From: Psilocybe cubensis
Taxonomy: Eukaryota
DNA length: 64,000 nt
NCBI GenBank assembly: GCA_017499595.2
Contig: CM039001.1
Coordinates: 3,534,001 to 3,598,000 of the forward strand
Direction of reading: 5' to 3'
Shown piece by piece: positions 12,643 to 26,401 of this stretch. The position numbers and the translations under genes were made by a program. Every line of letters starts with the position of its first letter. Within the stretch, counting starts at the first letter, position 1. Under the pieces are notes generated by a model that saw only the letters and a list, made by a program, of their open reading frames with translations, was not told where the DNA came from and did no database searches.

Positions 12643-12905
12643 TAATGTGCAGGGGTTGTTACCCTGAACAACGATGACGGATCATGATGTAGTATGTCAT
12701 AGTCTATGTAGAATATACGTAAAAATAGAGTGGTTTGGTTCAGTATATAGATGAACTTACCTTCAATTTCTCTCGCCTGACGGTCCATGGGAATAAGTTC
12801 TTGGATATGAGGCGGCGGCATGACAGTGGGATTGGAACTGATAACAGATATATCAGGAGGCCTCGACGGGTTAGGTCCTGAGTGCGAAGTAGTAAGCGAT
12901 TCCAT
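12643..12905 (-). pseudogene. 5' fragment of a spliced gene truncated at the CACTA terminus
   Basis: ATG at 12905 (MESLTTSHSGP...), a gtaagt..catag intron at 12704-12760, and a second exon DYDILHHDPSSLFRVTTPAH that runs directly into CACTAC at 12642. Confidence 0.45.
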
Positions 12906-13329
12906 AAAAAGAGGGAGTTCCCGTAAAGATGAGGAGGTCTGGAGGCGCAACGCGACACTAGAGAGAGAGACGCGCTCTGTCTCTGTTGAACCGAGTCACG
13001 TGAAAAATTATATAATATTTTGAGTATCAGTATCAGTATCAGCCACACGCACAAGTAGCGAGCCTCACACTCCCGTGTGTTTGGAAAAAATACGTAACAC
13101 TCCGGTTGGTGTTCGAGGACTTCAATATTCAATATTCATGTTGCATATAAAGCGGGCGGTCAATTCCTCAGCTTTGAACGTCCATGCAGAATGAAGTCTT
13201 TCTCCTTACATGTGAGCACCGGACAATATCCGGTGCCGTTTCAGCCGTGCTATAAATAAGTTGTCTGCTTGATTTGAAAACGCCGAGCCGCAATGCGCAC
13301 ACTCACTACGACACTCACTGCGGCAAGAA

Positions 13330-14407
13330 ATGACAGCGCATACAGTAAAACGCCTCCAGAGCTTGAGTGGTTCGTTAATTTTGTCCATCATCCAGATTAT
13401 ACTCACAGATTATCTGATATTCCACATCTAGACGAGCAGCTGAAGCAACTATGGGATCTGAGCGAACAGGCTTTTGCTGACGGTGCGCTAGTGCTCGTCA
13501 ATATACCTCAACGAGCGATGTTCTGATAAGAAGTTTACTACTCTTGAAAGATCCAATGATTGCCAGTTTTTTGGGAGGAGACTATAGCCTCAGTTGTCCC
13601 TATTGGAACTCAATCTACCGAGCAACAGTCCTGGAGGGCGAGCTGTGGGTTGTGACAGTCAAAAATATAGAAGGGAAGGAGGAAATTGTAAGCTGTGCAT
13701 CATGGTTTGCTCCAGGAAAGGCCCTTTTTGCGACGTGAGTTTCCTTAGCTGCACGGCCGATCTGCCAAAGGATAGCACTGACTCTCATGTATAGTGAAGC
13801 ACAGCGCGCGGAGGGGTATAACGACTTTGTTAATGCATGCAGTGAAAAAACACAAATCTGGCTGGGGAAGACTGTACGTGAACCTCATATAAGTATATGT
13901 CATAATTCGGAACGGTGAGCACAATGTTCACAGTATCCAGCACTGATGGAGGAGTTCGTCAACAAACTTTTCGTCCCAGAGGTGCACCGAATCTGATAAC
14001 CGGATATCGCCTATACTAACGAAGCTTATTAAGGATAGGACACGCTATTGGTGGTGCTTCATGCTGGCGACACATCCGGCGCATCAGAAGAAAGGATATG
14101 GAACTGCTCTGGTTGATATAGGTTATCAAAAGGTTGGTGACCTTGTTGTTTATCATTTAGGCGACTTTACATCAAAATATGCAGGCTTATCAAACCAGAG
14201 AATCTGGCACTTTTGCTGGCCTTGCTGCTTCCAATGAGGTTAACGTATGTGGATTTGATCATCAATCGGAAAGCGTAACAACGCTGATAATTCGAATAGG
14301 TCCACATATACCAGGGTATGGGCTTCAAATTACAAGGCTCCATAGATGTTCCTTCTTCCATAGATGGAACACTAATGCGGGCTGACGCACTCATCAAACG
14401 TCCTTGA
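13330..14407 (+). CDS. GNAT-family N-acetyltransferase (about 7 exons)
   Basis: Spliced product MTAHTVKRLQSLS..DPMIASFLGG..IVSCASWFAPG..WWCFMLATHPAHQKKGYGTALV..SNEVNVHIYQGMGF..IKRP*. Contains the Q-x-x-G-x-G acetyl-CoA motif. TATAAATA at 13251. Confidence 0.85.
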
Positions 14408-14593
14408 ATCGAATCAATAGGCGCATAGGAAGACCAGAGACCTTTGGGAAAGTTCAAGCTTCGTATAGATTGATGATGAATCCAAATGATTTATATGCTC
14501 CTGGAAAATCATAACAAATGTACAGAGAATAAATTACATATTACATGTATTAAGCATCCACAATAAAAGATGTTCTCGATAAAGTCTAGACTC

Positions 14594-17500
14594 TCAGAGC
14601 TTCCCCTTGATGATGTCGGCGCCTACAAAAGATTACGTCAATTCGTAGTGAGATCACAGCAACCAATAAAACATACCAATCTCGCCGATAGCGAAAGCAA
14701 TGGCTACAATAAATTATTGATTAGAATTCATATGCCTTTCATAGTAAATGGGAATCATACCTTGAACGTGGGCGGTAACGTGGAGCGGGACAATAGAAAC
14801 ATCTACAACGCGAAGGTTGGAGGTGTTGTATACCTGGAAAAATTTGTCAGAATAATTATTAGCGCAGGTATCTGCATTGGAATTGTACGTACCTTGAGTT
14901 TTGTGTCTACGACACCTCCATCGGCCAAGGGGAGCATAGAGCAAGACCCAATAGTGTCTGAATTACAGCATTACCTGGTTAATTTTGAAAGTTTTACATG
15001 GGAAAAAGATCACGTACGGTACACTGTCGAGATAGTGTTTTTAATGTGGTCTAGGAGACATATTGTAAGCATTTGGCAGTGGGAATTGAGAAAATGGCTA
15101 CTAACTGGCAATCTGCTCGTCGGTCTGGACTTGAGGACCAGGGAAGACCTCGGTTTCTGCAAAGCAGATGAATAAGCAAAATCTACTGAACAATAGATGG
15201 AGATACGTACGCTTTACGAAGCTTTTCAATGGCTCTGTCTGGACTACACGGCGGTTCCACTTAAACATCTCTACGAGGATGCGGAGATCTGGTAATGACC
15301 GAGTTTATCAGAACTCGGTGGGCTCGATTGTTGAATGTGCATAAATAGACCAACCATATTCTTCCTCAAACAAGTGAGGATCCATGGAAGGGTGGTCCAG
15401 AGGGTTTGTAGACCTGATGTGCTACATATATCAATGAGAAAACAGCGTCCATACACACCCACATTCAGAGCACAACATGACTTACAATGGATCCACGGGA
15501 GAATGGGTTATTCAACAGCGACGAAAGCGACAAGTATTTCTTTCCATCCTCTGCAATCCCTGGGATCGGCTGCGCAGCCTGCGCGAGTAGAGTCTCGCAG
15601 TTTGGCTGTCCTTTCCTTAACGTCTCCAGCTGGAGCTTGTACTGCTTCTGTTGCAGGGGCGTGTACCTGTTTGCGGCGATGCCCTCCTCGAGGCTCTTCT
15701 CAAGGTCTGCGTAGATCTGCTCTGCGTTGGGGCTGATTTTGGAGAGAGGGAGCATGGACATCATGCTGAGGCCCATACCAAAGACACCTGTGCCGTCGGT
15801 CATGCTGTGAATTTTGTTAGTACGGAAGTCGAACGTAAGAGACTAAGGCAGTCTTACAATTGAACCATTTGCTTTCCAAGTTCAGCTGGATCGCGCAAGC
15901 AGTCAAAAGTGAGGACTTCATCCTTCTTTTCATCGGAGATTTCTAAGAATAATTGTAAGTTCAGAAACTGGTTATAACTGGAACATTTGTTCTAACCAAA
16001 TGTGGCTCCAGCGTGGATGTGCTCCTGGATATTACTACCAACACCTGGGATCTCGAGCTTCACGGGGATCTCAAATTTATTGAGAATCTCCTTGTTACCG
16101 ATGCCAGAGAGTTCAAGGAGCTATAAGGCGAACATTAGATTGTACCTATACACATTTCCATCTGAAATCCATACCTGGGGGTCGACAATAGATCTATCGA
16201 CATGACTATGAGCCAATTTAACCAGCAATTTGGGAGGGATTCAACATACCCAGCAGACAAGACAACCTCTTTCTTCGCAAATGCCGAATGTCTCGCATCC
16301 TCATAGATGAACTCTACACCAGTAGCGGTCAACAATCCATCAGCGCTGGTCGTCGATTCGATCTGAGCAGCTCGAGCGAGGGTCAGAACGGTCAGGTTCT
16401 TGCGGTGGGCGACGGGTGCGTAGTACGCCTGGTTAGCGTCAAGAATAATGGTATGAAACTTGATGTTACATGTGAAAAAGTAAAAAAAAAACGCACGTTA
16501 GCAGCGTAGGTCCGGACGTGCGTCTGTGGGTCGATCGTCATGTGGGTGAGGAAAGTACCGTTGTGCTGTTCAAGATACCAATAAATTAGATAAATCTGTC
16601 GCTCCTTTGCTGTAACTAGGGGGTCTACACACGTTTCCTGAGGTCTAAGGAAGGCGAATATCAGTTATAGGCCAATTTAACATCACAGGAAAAAATGGAG
16701 CTCACGGCATCGGCTGAGCGCTGCACTCCAAGGTTTGCGAGGGCCTATGGCTCTCTATTAGTTCGCAGCATAAAACATAGTACATCAAAAAATTTTACAT
16801 CGTGATATGGCTTCTCAATCCCAGATTCGGTTGCAACATACGAGGTGACAAGTGGCCCTGAAGGAGAGTTGATTCACACAACGACAGAAGGGACATAAAA
16901 GCAATGCTCACCATCCGTGCCGTGCACCGAAAGGTCATAGTTCATCGTCTCGGTTTTCACAGCCGGCGGGACGAATCGTTCAGATTTCTTCTGGTATTTT
17001 TTGATGAGGTCCCAGTTCCAGCCTGAGTTTCCGAGTTTCTCGAAGGCTTGATAAGATGGATAAATCATGAGTATGAAATCAGGCAAGATAATAATTACGC
17101 TGGGAATTTGACTAACCGTCGAGGTCAGAAACAGTGGGCATGTGGTATTGGAAAAAGTTGATTCCAGAGCTTCCTCCGAGTCCCTTTCCACTGAGAGGAG
17201 CAAAATGGTAAGTCAGGAGCATATAGCCTCGATGTCATTCTACAACTGACCGAGGCCAGGGAACAGATCGGTTGTTAGAGTGAGCTTGAGGTTCCTAATA
17301 ATCATCACGACGTTCAGATGAGTTTAGGTTATAACGGGAGGCAAGCATGTTGATCCTCCGGACTCACAGTCGCATATCCCCACTCATATTGTGGGTTTCC
17401 GAACTGAGATCCAAATGTGGCGGGAGTCACTGTTGATATGATTTAGTCAGGTGCATACCGAATGTGCTTTGTGCTTGGGGAACATACACAGAGCGGGATC

Positions 17501-17781
17501 TCCGAGGTTGGCAGCACCAGCTTCGAGGACAAGGACAGACACGGACTCATCTTCGGTGAGACGATTGGCCAAAACAAGGCCGGCAGTCTATGGAAAAGAA
17601 GCAGACTCTTTAGAAGCTTACGAAGGTGCAGACATCGCTATGAATGCTTACTCCTCCTCCTATACACATCGATAGAGTTCGTTAGGGGTGCTGTATGTAC
17701 ATAAGTCACGGTAAATACCGACGCACCCACGATGACGTAGTCAAAGGACTGTCCGGAGACTTGTTCGATAGTGGCAGACAT
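14594..17781 (-). CDS. GMC oxidoreductase (CAZy AA3_2-like, aryl-alcohol/glucose oxidoreductase group), copy 1
   Basis: FDYVIVG/GG/TAGLVLANRLTED (with an 8-nt micro-exon GAGGAGGA), GKGLGGSSGINF, KEVVLSAG, PGVGSNIQEH, TVYHTIGSCSM, NLRVVDVSIVPLHVTAHVQ, ending ADIIKGKL*. No signal peptide. Confidence 0.92.
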
Positions 17782-18779
17782 TGTCGACGCTATAGACTGA
17801 GCTAGTGTCAAAGAAATTATTTTTTAACTTCTCCGCACACATGCAGGTTATATATGCTTCAGTGCCCATGAAGTTTGTCAAGGGCGGTACTCTGCCTAGA
17901 CATCGAGAACAAGTTCGAAATCCGCGTCACCCTGGTTCGCGCACTAGCCGCTAGCCTACGATAGCGGCGGCGCAGCAAAATCCACGATTTCCGTATAGTT
18001 GTGATACAGATCATGGATAATTGTGTCGAATACACACCACCACAATTGACCAGAGTAAGAATTTTCAGAGCAAGTGGAGGATAAGAATCTGTACTGATGT
18101 GGTAGCTTAATTTAGGGTGAATGTCCTAGGGGTTTGCCTCCGCTTATTTGAGATGGCAGTTACCAGTGTTGATCACGCTGAGCGCCTTCAATGCGTCCTT
18201 GTTGCCCCTATAATCGTGTTTCCGACGTGCCCAGAGTTGACACCCCTGCTCACTGGTATGAATCGCTGAGCCGAGGAAAGCACAATGGGCTTCACGACGT
18301 GCAAACTCATATCCCTGAACATTGTACCACTCCGGGACACGTCCGGATCCGAGGATGTGCTGACGTTAGAACTCTGTGTGTTGTAGTGCCAGTTCCAGAG
18401 CGTAGGTGGGTTTCTTTGTCGAGAGTCGAGGCTCTAATGATATTCTAGAGGCAGCGCTTTATAGATACTGGAGCGATAGACTAGCCGGTCCTTTCGGTGA
18501 GAGCCGTTGAAGTGGTAGATTTTGCTCTGACATGAAGGCTCCACGTAGCGTCTTCAAGCGGTCTTTGAATATTTCGGCAATTTGCACCATCGCTGCTTTC
18601 GACTACATGACTTAAATTCAATCAAAAGCATTAGAGTCGACTCTAAATTTCCTTCATCTCTATTTCACCTCACGTTAATGCTTAATACACCAATATTGAA
18701 GCGAATAAACAATATATTTTATGGGAGACTACAAGAAGCTTGCAAGTCTCTTTCCAGTAAGCAATCATGTGGTGAAAAA

Positions 18780-20420
18780 CTATTCCGCCTGTTTTTCACA
18801 ATCCCTGATATAAACCATGCGCTCGTCGACCTTCCAAACAATATTTATTCCAAAGAAGCTATCCAGAGCTGGATCGATATTAAGCGCTGGTCGCGAATCC
18901 TTCGTTTGGTATTCAGCGGTGGTAAGATCTACTGTCAAATCTTGAATGGGTGGCATGCCTAGTTGTTTGCGTAACCTAAGGAATTGCTGAATAGAGCCAG
19001 AAGCCGGTCCAGGATGGTATCGACACTTGCACTCGAAAAAAGAAACGCCAATGTAGTCAAATTCAAAAATGACGAGATGTCGCAGCCCCTGGAAAAGGAC
19101 ATTTTCTGATAAAGAGTCGGTGATGATGTGCTTCATTAGAATGTAGATGTCTTGTTCACGGACATGTAGTGTTGTGACTGAGTCAAAGTGTACTAGAAAT
19201 CGCTCGAAACTATGGTGAAATGGAGGAGGATGTCCCATTAGGCCATTACACTGTACTTTCAGAGTGGTGACCCGAGAGAAAGATGGAGAGGCCAATGTAT
19301 CTGGGAACCCTTCCAGACCATCAGTGCTCTGCATAAATAGTCCTTTGACATAAAAACCATTGTTCAACTTAATATCGAGTGTGCCATGATATAGTATATC
19401 GGCAACTGAAAACCCGTAAGAATTGTAACGCAAATCAATCGAGTTTGGCGGTGTTGCCGCAAGCCTATTGTGAAGCTTTGTAGCGATATGTTGTTCGTAG
19501 GAGTTTCGACCGTACGCCACGGGTCCAGACAGATACAATATGGTGTCATTTGGGAAAATAATATCTCGGAGATACATCAAGCATTGATTCAGGTTCAATG
19601 TCTGTAGACGGGGCAAGTGTATTGGTGGACAGCCATAATTGTGATCCAGGTTGTGACGCCCGAGTGTCAGGGAGGTTAGATATGGCGTATGGGCCAGAAT
19701 ATTGGTTACTTCTTTGTTAGTGAAATTTCCTCCCAAACATAGAATCCGTAGGTTCGACATCCAAGCGACATCCAGATTACAATAAGTGTGCATTGATCTG
19801 AATTCATAAAGGTGCGAAGCGTAATTGCAGGGTATTTTCTCTTGATTTTCACCACCACTTTGGCCATTTAGCAAGGGAGGAAGAGTGAAAGATTGCTGAC
19901 CTGGCGATCTAGGCCTTATTTCGCCCTTGATATCAATGCAGTCCCTCTCCCCATAAACGTAGAAAGAAAGTTTCTGAATTCTTCCCCAGTTTTCTTGAAT
20001 GAGTGTTCGAAAAAATGAAAGTAAATGCGGCTTGGCATGTTCCAAACGGGCGAGTATTCCACATGAAGGTGAGAAAAAGGTTTTATTCGGCCTCCAATCC
20101 GGATATTTGATCCAGAGAAGTGACGAGCCACTCCGTCTAAGTACTTCTTCCCGCCAATGACCAGACTTTTGGTCAAGAGAGCGCCCGTCTAAGAGTCTTG
20201 CCCATATTGAGGATGTCTGAAGCAGGATTGTCCTCCATCGCCGACATACCTGTGAGCTTCTACGTGCGGTGTCGAGAGCACCTCTACATGACTGATCAAT
20301 ACTATGATCTTCAGTATTAATCATGAAAATGAGCCACAATACTTCCTCTGGGGCATTGCATATTGGGGCTGGACGTTGTTGAATCTGGTGTGCTATAGGT
20401 GCGTCGATGGATTCTGGCAT
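18780..20420 (-). CDS. F-box-like protein with degenerate leucine-rich repeats, intronless
   Basis: PICNAPEEVLWLIF...SQVCRRWRTILLQTSSIWARLL F-box-like motif, followed by LxxLxL repeats, in a single open frame. Confidence 0.85.
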   Translation of the reverse strand: MPESIDAPIAHQIQQRPAPICNAPEEVLWLIFMINTEDHSIDQSCRGALDTARRSSQVCRRWRTILLQTSSIWARLLDGRSLDQKSGHWREEVLRRSGSSLLWIKYPDWRPNKTFFSPSCGILARLEHAKPHLLSFFRTLIQENWGRIQKLSFYVYGERDCIDIKGEIRPRSPGQQSFTLPPLLNGQSGGENQEKIPCNYASHLYEFRSMHTYCNLDVAWMSNLRILCLGGNFTNKEVTNILAHTPYLTSLTLGRHNLDHNYGCPPIHLPRLQTLNLNQCLMYLRDIIFPNDTILYLSGPVAYGRNSYEQHIATKLHNRLAATPPNSIDLRYNSYGFSVADILYHGTLDIKLNNGFYVKGLFMQSTDGLEGFPDTLASPSFSRVTTLKVQCNGLMGHPPPFHHSFERFLVHFDSVTTLHVREQDIYILMKHIITDSLSENVLFQGLRHLVIFEFDYIGVSFFECKCRYHPGPASGSIQQFLRLRKQLGMPPIQDLTVDLTTAEYQTKDSRPALNIDPALDSFFGINIVWKVDERMVYIRDCEKQAE

Positions 20421-20681
20421 AATACAGAAAGTGAGGGCAGAAAACAAGAATTGTGAGCACCAGCTCGGTCGTATCCTTCTCAGAAGAGTGTACGTTCCAA
20501 GGTGAGATGGTGGCAGTCAAGAGCAAAGGTTTGCGGAGCCGCAGCCTTGCGTGGGAGTGCCAATTGCATCTCAAAGTATGCACGTGAGCGATTAAGCTTG
20601 CGGTCCGCCCTGCCTGGCCGACTTTTTCTTTTCCTCACCTCCCGCCACCCTTCTTCGTTTTCAAGAAAGAAAAAAATAAAA

Positions 20682-21366
20682 ATGCCACCTGCTGCAGCGA
20701 GACCACCAGCTAGGAAGCGAAACCGCAAGAGAAAAAGAAGAGCTGCATCTTCGAGCTCCGAGTCCAGTTCATCGTCAGATTCATCCAGCGACGAGGAGGT
20801 CTCGCCACCCAAGTCTGCTGTAGTTCCAACACCGACGCCGAAAGCAAAGACTGTAGAATCTTCTTCTTCTTCTTCGTCCTCGTCGTCCTCGTCTTCCTCA
20901 TCCTCATCTGAGTCAAGTTCTGAAGACGAAGACGATAAAAGACCCACCGGGAACAGAGGAAGACAAGCTGAAAAGGCCGCAGCGCCTACTCAAGCAACGC
21001 CTCGAAGACTTTCTCCATCGCCCTCGCCTCCCCCAGCTACTCTGCCCTCTTTTCTTCCCTCAGGTGATGGAGGTGATCAGGCCGATGCGCAGGAAAAAGA
21101 GAAGCAGCTGAAGGACCGGTTCCGCCAGTTCTGGATGGCTTCCGTTGCAGATGGATTTAGAGACGATCTTGAAGAAATCCGCAAGGCATGTATTCTCAAA
21201 AGACTGTTAACTTCATTAGGCTGATATTGAACAGGAACCCAACCTTGGCAAATCTCGTCTCGCCTTGTTGATCGATTCTTTGGCGTCTGGCGCAGAAGTT
21301 TTCAGTTTGTCAAGCACCATAAATGAACATTCGACTATCGACGAAATGGACGTGGTGCTGAATTGA
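20682..21366 (+). CDS. RSA3: Ribosome assembly protein 3 (Rsa3 domain) with basic and poly-Ser N-terminus
   Basis: RKRNRKRKRR and Ser tracts, then FRQFWMASVADGFRDDLEEIRK/EPNLGKSRLALLIDSLASGAEVF across a GC-AG intron at 21186-21234. Confidence 0.75.
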
Positions 21367-21911
21367 TTTTCTCATATTGCGTTATACATAGGAATTTTAT
21401 TCCTACACTCTGCCCCCCCGGACAATCACTCCTCATGGGTGGCAATTTCAACATGCTCAAGATATTCGGCCCTACAAATTGACCTCGACGAATATGCCGG
21501 TAACCTTCAATTTGGTCTCACACCAAGAGTTCCTACTTGCTCCCACCTTTGGGTCCAACACCATTTCGTGCAATGGTCGAATAAATCCATAGCAATCATG
21601 ATCGGGAAGGATTATATGCATAAATAGCGTCGAAAAGGCCCAAACAGCAAGCATGTAGCACAAACATCTGCGTAGCTAAAAGTGCAAAAAGTATGTAGCA
21701 CAAAAAAATTCGTAAAAGGCAGAAAACAATACCCAGCTGCAATGTTCTCAGAAAAAGTGCGGCCGTATTGGATCGTATAGGATACAGGGAAAGCGAAGCG
21801 AAGAAATGGAAAATAATGAAAAAGATCAGACCAGAAAGAAACGAGTGGAGCAATGCATGATCATGACAGCGAGTAACTGTAAAGCAAGAAAAAGAGAGAA
21901 AAAGCATCAAC

Positions 21912-24900
21912 TTAGAAAGCGCCCACGACAGACCTCCCAATATAACTATCCAGAACCTAACGAGATTTTAATATATATCAACGTACGAAGCAAATTAAAA
22001 AACACACCTTGTCAATCTCTTCGAGATGCTTGAACCCATCCGCATATATATCCCTTACCGAGGGGTGCAGCGCCTGCAAATCCAGCGGCGTGCCAAACAG
22101 CAACTCATCCACAGGGTGTGGGCGCGGGGTCGGCTTACTGGGCACGGACGCCTTGTACTCAATAATCGACATCATCTGCGTCAGACCAAAGTCGTCTTTG
22201 GGTATCACGATGCGTCGCTGTTGCTGCTGCGAACGCGTGCTAGAGGGCGTGCTTCGGGATTTACTATTCTCCTCCTCTACGCGCGACAAGCTTGACTGAG
22301 ATTGAACGGGTGTAGACCGTCCTCCAGAATTGACCGACATGATTGAGGCGATGGATGGGTTGCGCCGGTTGTTTGCGTTGATGTTCGCAGTGGGCGTCGG
22401 GCTCGTCCGCACGCCAGTCGGTGTCGTTGTCCCGGGTCGACTAGCCGCCCTCTGCTGTTCGGGGCTGGCATTAGCAACAGGCGTGGAGCGCGCGAGACTT
22501 TCCTGCTCGGTCGGCTCGCGCTTCTCCATATTCATTTTGCCAGCGAGCGCCGCAGAGCCTGGCGTTACCGAGCGCGAAGGATTCTCACCGTCGTCCACGG
22601 AATATTCTGACGTCGAGAGTGTAGCCGACAACGTCGACAAAGGTCGGCTATCCGCACTCACGCTCGACAGCGACGCGTAGTCCCTGCTGCCCCGGTCGCG
22701 GCCCTTGCCCTTGCGAATCTTATGCAGCACCCTGTCAAGCTTCTCCCCAATCCCGTCCTTGTTGCGGATGAACACGCCCTCAAGTAGGTCGTTCTTGTTA
22801 TTATTCCCGCCACCACCACCGCCGTTGTGCATCTCGCGCCACTCCTCTTCAATGATATCACTCACATCATATGTCTCGCCGTCGGGTTCGACGTACGAGT
22901 AGCGCATGCGGTCGCCCGTATCGTATCGCGCGCTGCGGAGCACCGCGTTGCCAGGGAGCAACACGTCCATCCCGCGCACGGAATTGGTCGACGCGGAAAC
23001 GATCGCCTTTTGTGTCGCGCGTGTGGCAGCGCGCTGCGCAGCTATAATCTCCTGCCGCGACGGCTGCTTGAGCTTGCCGCCCTCCCGTTCCCTGTCTTTC
23101 TCTTCCAGCTGCGCAACGGCCTCGGAGTTGAAACTTGAGGTCGACTCGCGGTGCAGGTGCTGCAGTGCAATTTCGTCGAGTGGTGCAGAGAAGCGTTTGC
23201 GTGAGGTGGAGTTGCGATAGGATGTGGAACGGCGGAGGACGAAGACGGGATCATCCTGGCGGATGTCGTCTATCGATCCAAGGAGCTGAGTGGAGTCCAG
23301 TGAACGGCGTTTGCTCACAGAATTTTGACTGTTCGGCGCTTTGAATTGCGGCGGGCGAGGGAATGCATCGATTACTTTGCTGGACGGCGATAACTCGCGT
23401 TCTAGGTAGAAAAGGAAAGAAAGTGAACATTTGACTGTGATTAAAAGTCCACAAATACTTACCTTGACCATCGATGCTAATCATCAATCCATATCTGACT
23501 CTGACTCCACTCCTACGCTTCGTCGTCTTGTCCTCAACTTCATCTCCCCCATCAATGACCCCATCCTGGATTCCAAACCTTTCCAGGCTGATCTCCGTTA
23601 CCTCTGCGACTGTCACATTCTTCGGGAACATAAACACCTTGCGCCTCAAATTCGGTGAGACGAGCACAGGCGCGTTCGGGTCGGTCAGCGTGTTCTTGAA
23701 TACAATCGCCTCTGTCTGTGGATGGAACGCCATATCATTGGGCAGGTCCTCGGCATAGATGACGAGTTGCATCGCGAAGCGCGTCGCGGGCGATGTGAAC
23801 CGCTCTGGCGCGACGTTCGCGCCGCCCACTGTTGATACAGTCAGGAACTGCGACTTGCTGCCACTGTGTGGCAAGTCGGAATCCGCCTGTGAGCGGTCGG
23901 GGCTGGTCAGCGTTTCGTCTCCGTCCTCTCCGTTGAGAATGTCATCCAATGGATGATCGCCCTTCCTGTTCAAGTAAAACTTGACGGCAGAGTCGTCTGT
24001 GAAGTCGTTCATGGGCAGCTTCTTGATGGCGGGGTGCATGGATAAGTTGCTTGATATAGAGCTGATGCTCCCGACGCTGCTGCGCTTTACTTTGGGCAAC
24101 TCTGTAGATTCGAGCAGGGTCTCAAAGACCACCAGGGGGTGTTCGACCGGCTGAAGCACCGTCGACGCGCCACCCTCAACCTGTTTGACTGTAAGATAGT
24201 AATCATCTACATCTTCGCCAGAGGGTAATCTGAAGCGCTGAATAGCCTGCCGGACAAGATCGGTTGATGTCGTAGACGGGTTGAGGAGGACAGTCTTGAA
24301 CGTCGCCTCGGTTTGTAGGTTCTCGCCCGCAAATACGCGGATAACGCTCAGATTTGCCTGGCCATCGATGGCAGACGGGCTAGTGAGAATCAGCGAGCCT
24401 GGACGTGGCCTTGTTGTCGGTGGACCCAATGCAGAGCTCGAGGATGGCGAGCTGAGCATCACAGCTGAAGCCGATTGCAGCCCGTACGAAGGCTGGGCCT
24501 CGGGCGGAGATGAGGGTGATCGATTGAGATACTCCTTGTACAACGTATATTGCTGTTGATCGCGCTGCCTTAGCTGGTTGACGTGCTCGGAGACCTGGGG
24601 GGTGTTGGAGCGCTCGGGAGTCGATGGGGTGGCTTGGTTTGAACCGGCGCGCATGTCCGCCACAGTATTCCGGAGGCTGATAGCCTGCTGTTGCTGCTGA
24701 GCGGCGGACGTTGTGGGCGAAATGCCGCCGTCCGACGCGGAAGGGCGTTGGCTTGATCGGCTCGACTCCGACGAGGCCCTGCCACTAAACTCGTTGCTCT
24801 CCACCGAGGCAATCGATGGACTCTTGTCTTTCGGCTTGTCCTTATTCTTCCGGCCAAACAAGCCACCAAACACTCCACCCTTCTTCTTTTTGTCCTTCCC

Positions 24901-26401
24901 TTCATCCTCAGTGTCGGTCTTCTCGCTCTTGATGGACGGCTCCTTGCGGAGCTTCGACCCATTCTGCTGCTGGGCCTGCTGTTGAGCCTGCTGCTTGTTG
25001 TATGTGGCTGAGCTGACGGGAGGGGCCATCTTCTCCTTGGGTTTAGATTTCTTCTTCGAGGATTCATCGGAAAGAAGAGACGACTCGTCGTCACGAAGTC
25101 TCCTGGAGCGCTCCTCCTCGACGACAATGCTGGGGAGATACTGCCCTGTGCGTCCGTCCTCGGAATCGCGAGCGATGGTCGGAGTGGCAGTCATCTTGCG
25201 GGTCTCAGTGACTTCTGCAGGGTCGATGCGGCGCGGACCCTGCGCAGATGCAGCGTTAGAATCCATTTGTCTCTGTTGCTGTTGAGCTTGTTGAGCGGCT
25301 TGCTGAGCAAGGGCAGCTTGTTGGGCAGCCTGTTGTTGTGCCATGGCCTGTTGCTGTTGCTGTTGTTGCTGCTGCTGCTGTAATTGCATTTGTTGTTGCA
25401 TCTTCTGGCGAACAAGCTGTTCTTCTTGCAGTTGTAGCTGCTCCTGTTGCTGTGCACGAAGCCTTTGTTGTTCCTGATACTCACGCATCGACCCAGGCAT
25501 TAATGCATCTGGAATTGGAGCACCCCCACCGGCGCCCGAGGGTAGGTTCAATTGAACATCCTCGGCTGTCGAGTCATCCCAGTGCATTCCATCGTCTACA
25601 TCCATCGACATCGACGCGAATTCGTCTTCCTCCATTTGGTCTTGCACCACCTCTAGATCTTCTTCCTCAAATCCATCAGTGTCCCATTCGTCATCTTCGT
25701 CCTCAACTTCGCCTTCTTTGAGCCCCGGGATAAAGCGGTGGTGGTAGCGAATGGAGTTGAAGCGGATGCTTCTCCTGTTGTTGGCATTGTTGTCGCGGCC
25801 TCCTCCAGTGGGGGAGTTCGTGTCGGAGCGGAACTGTACGTTGTTACGCCTGTCACCGATGCCAATTTCAACTTGTTCAGCTTGAGTGGGGAGAGCAAGC
25901 TATAACAAAGATAATATAAAACTTGATGGAAATCTCATAGAAACCAATACATACCTCGATATTTCGGTGTTTGTTCAAACGGGCAAGACGTTCGAAGGGA
26001 GTCTCGATGTTCTCTGCAGGAATGTAACCGACTTCTTGAGTCTTGAGCACTCGAACCAGCCACCAATAGCTGTTGTTGTCGTCCATGAGATACAAACTAT
26101 CACCCTTGACGACATTCGCCTGCCCCTCCACCGTCGCGGCAAAACTGTGCAAAGCATACACCATATCAAAGTCGATTGATTCGTTTGGAATAGAAAGCGT
26201 AGAAGAGACGTCTTCCTCAAACATCTCATCGCCTTCGTCGACCTCAGAGTCGTCTTCGAGGACTGAGTGCTCCTCGTCGTCCGTGCCGTAGTTCAATGCC
26301 GCGTCTGCATGGGCGTGTAGATTCTGGCTGTCGTCCGCATGGATCTGGTCGCGCAGGTCGAAAGTATCCTGGCGCGTTGGCCGTCGCGGGTCCACACTCA
26401 T
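21912..26401 (-). CDS. BUD14: Bud14/Tea4-like SH3 and Ras-association domain polarity protein (PP1 regulator)
   Basis: SIPNESIDFDMVYALHSFAATVEGQANVVKGD...NSYWWLVRVLKTQEVGYIPAENIETPFERLARLNKHRN (SH3), a poly-Q region, and an RA-like domain VIRVFAGENLQTEATFKTVLLN. The last exon reads VLDSYIGRSVVGAF*. Confidence 0.85.
25272..25452 (-). repeat. CAG/CAA-rich polyglutamine tract within BUD14/Tea4
   Basis: Repeated tgc/tgt triplets on the + strand encode QQQQQQQQQQQAMAQQQAAQQ on the minus strand. Confidence 0.85.

Noticed and set aside
22009-26291. Numerous plus-strand ORFs antisense to BUD14/Tea4, and similar antisense ORFs over other genes
   Set aside because: Shadow ORFs of GC-rich, low-complexity coding sequence with no recognisable motifs.
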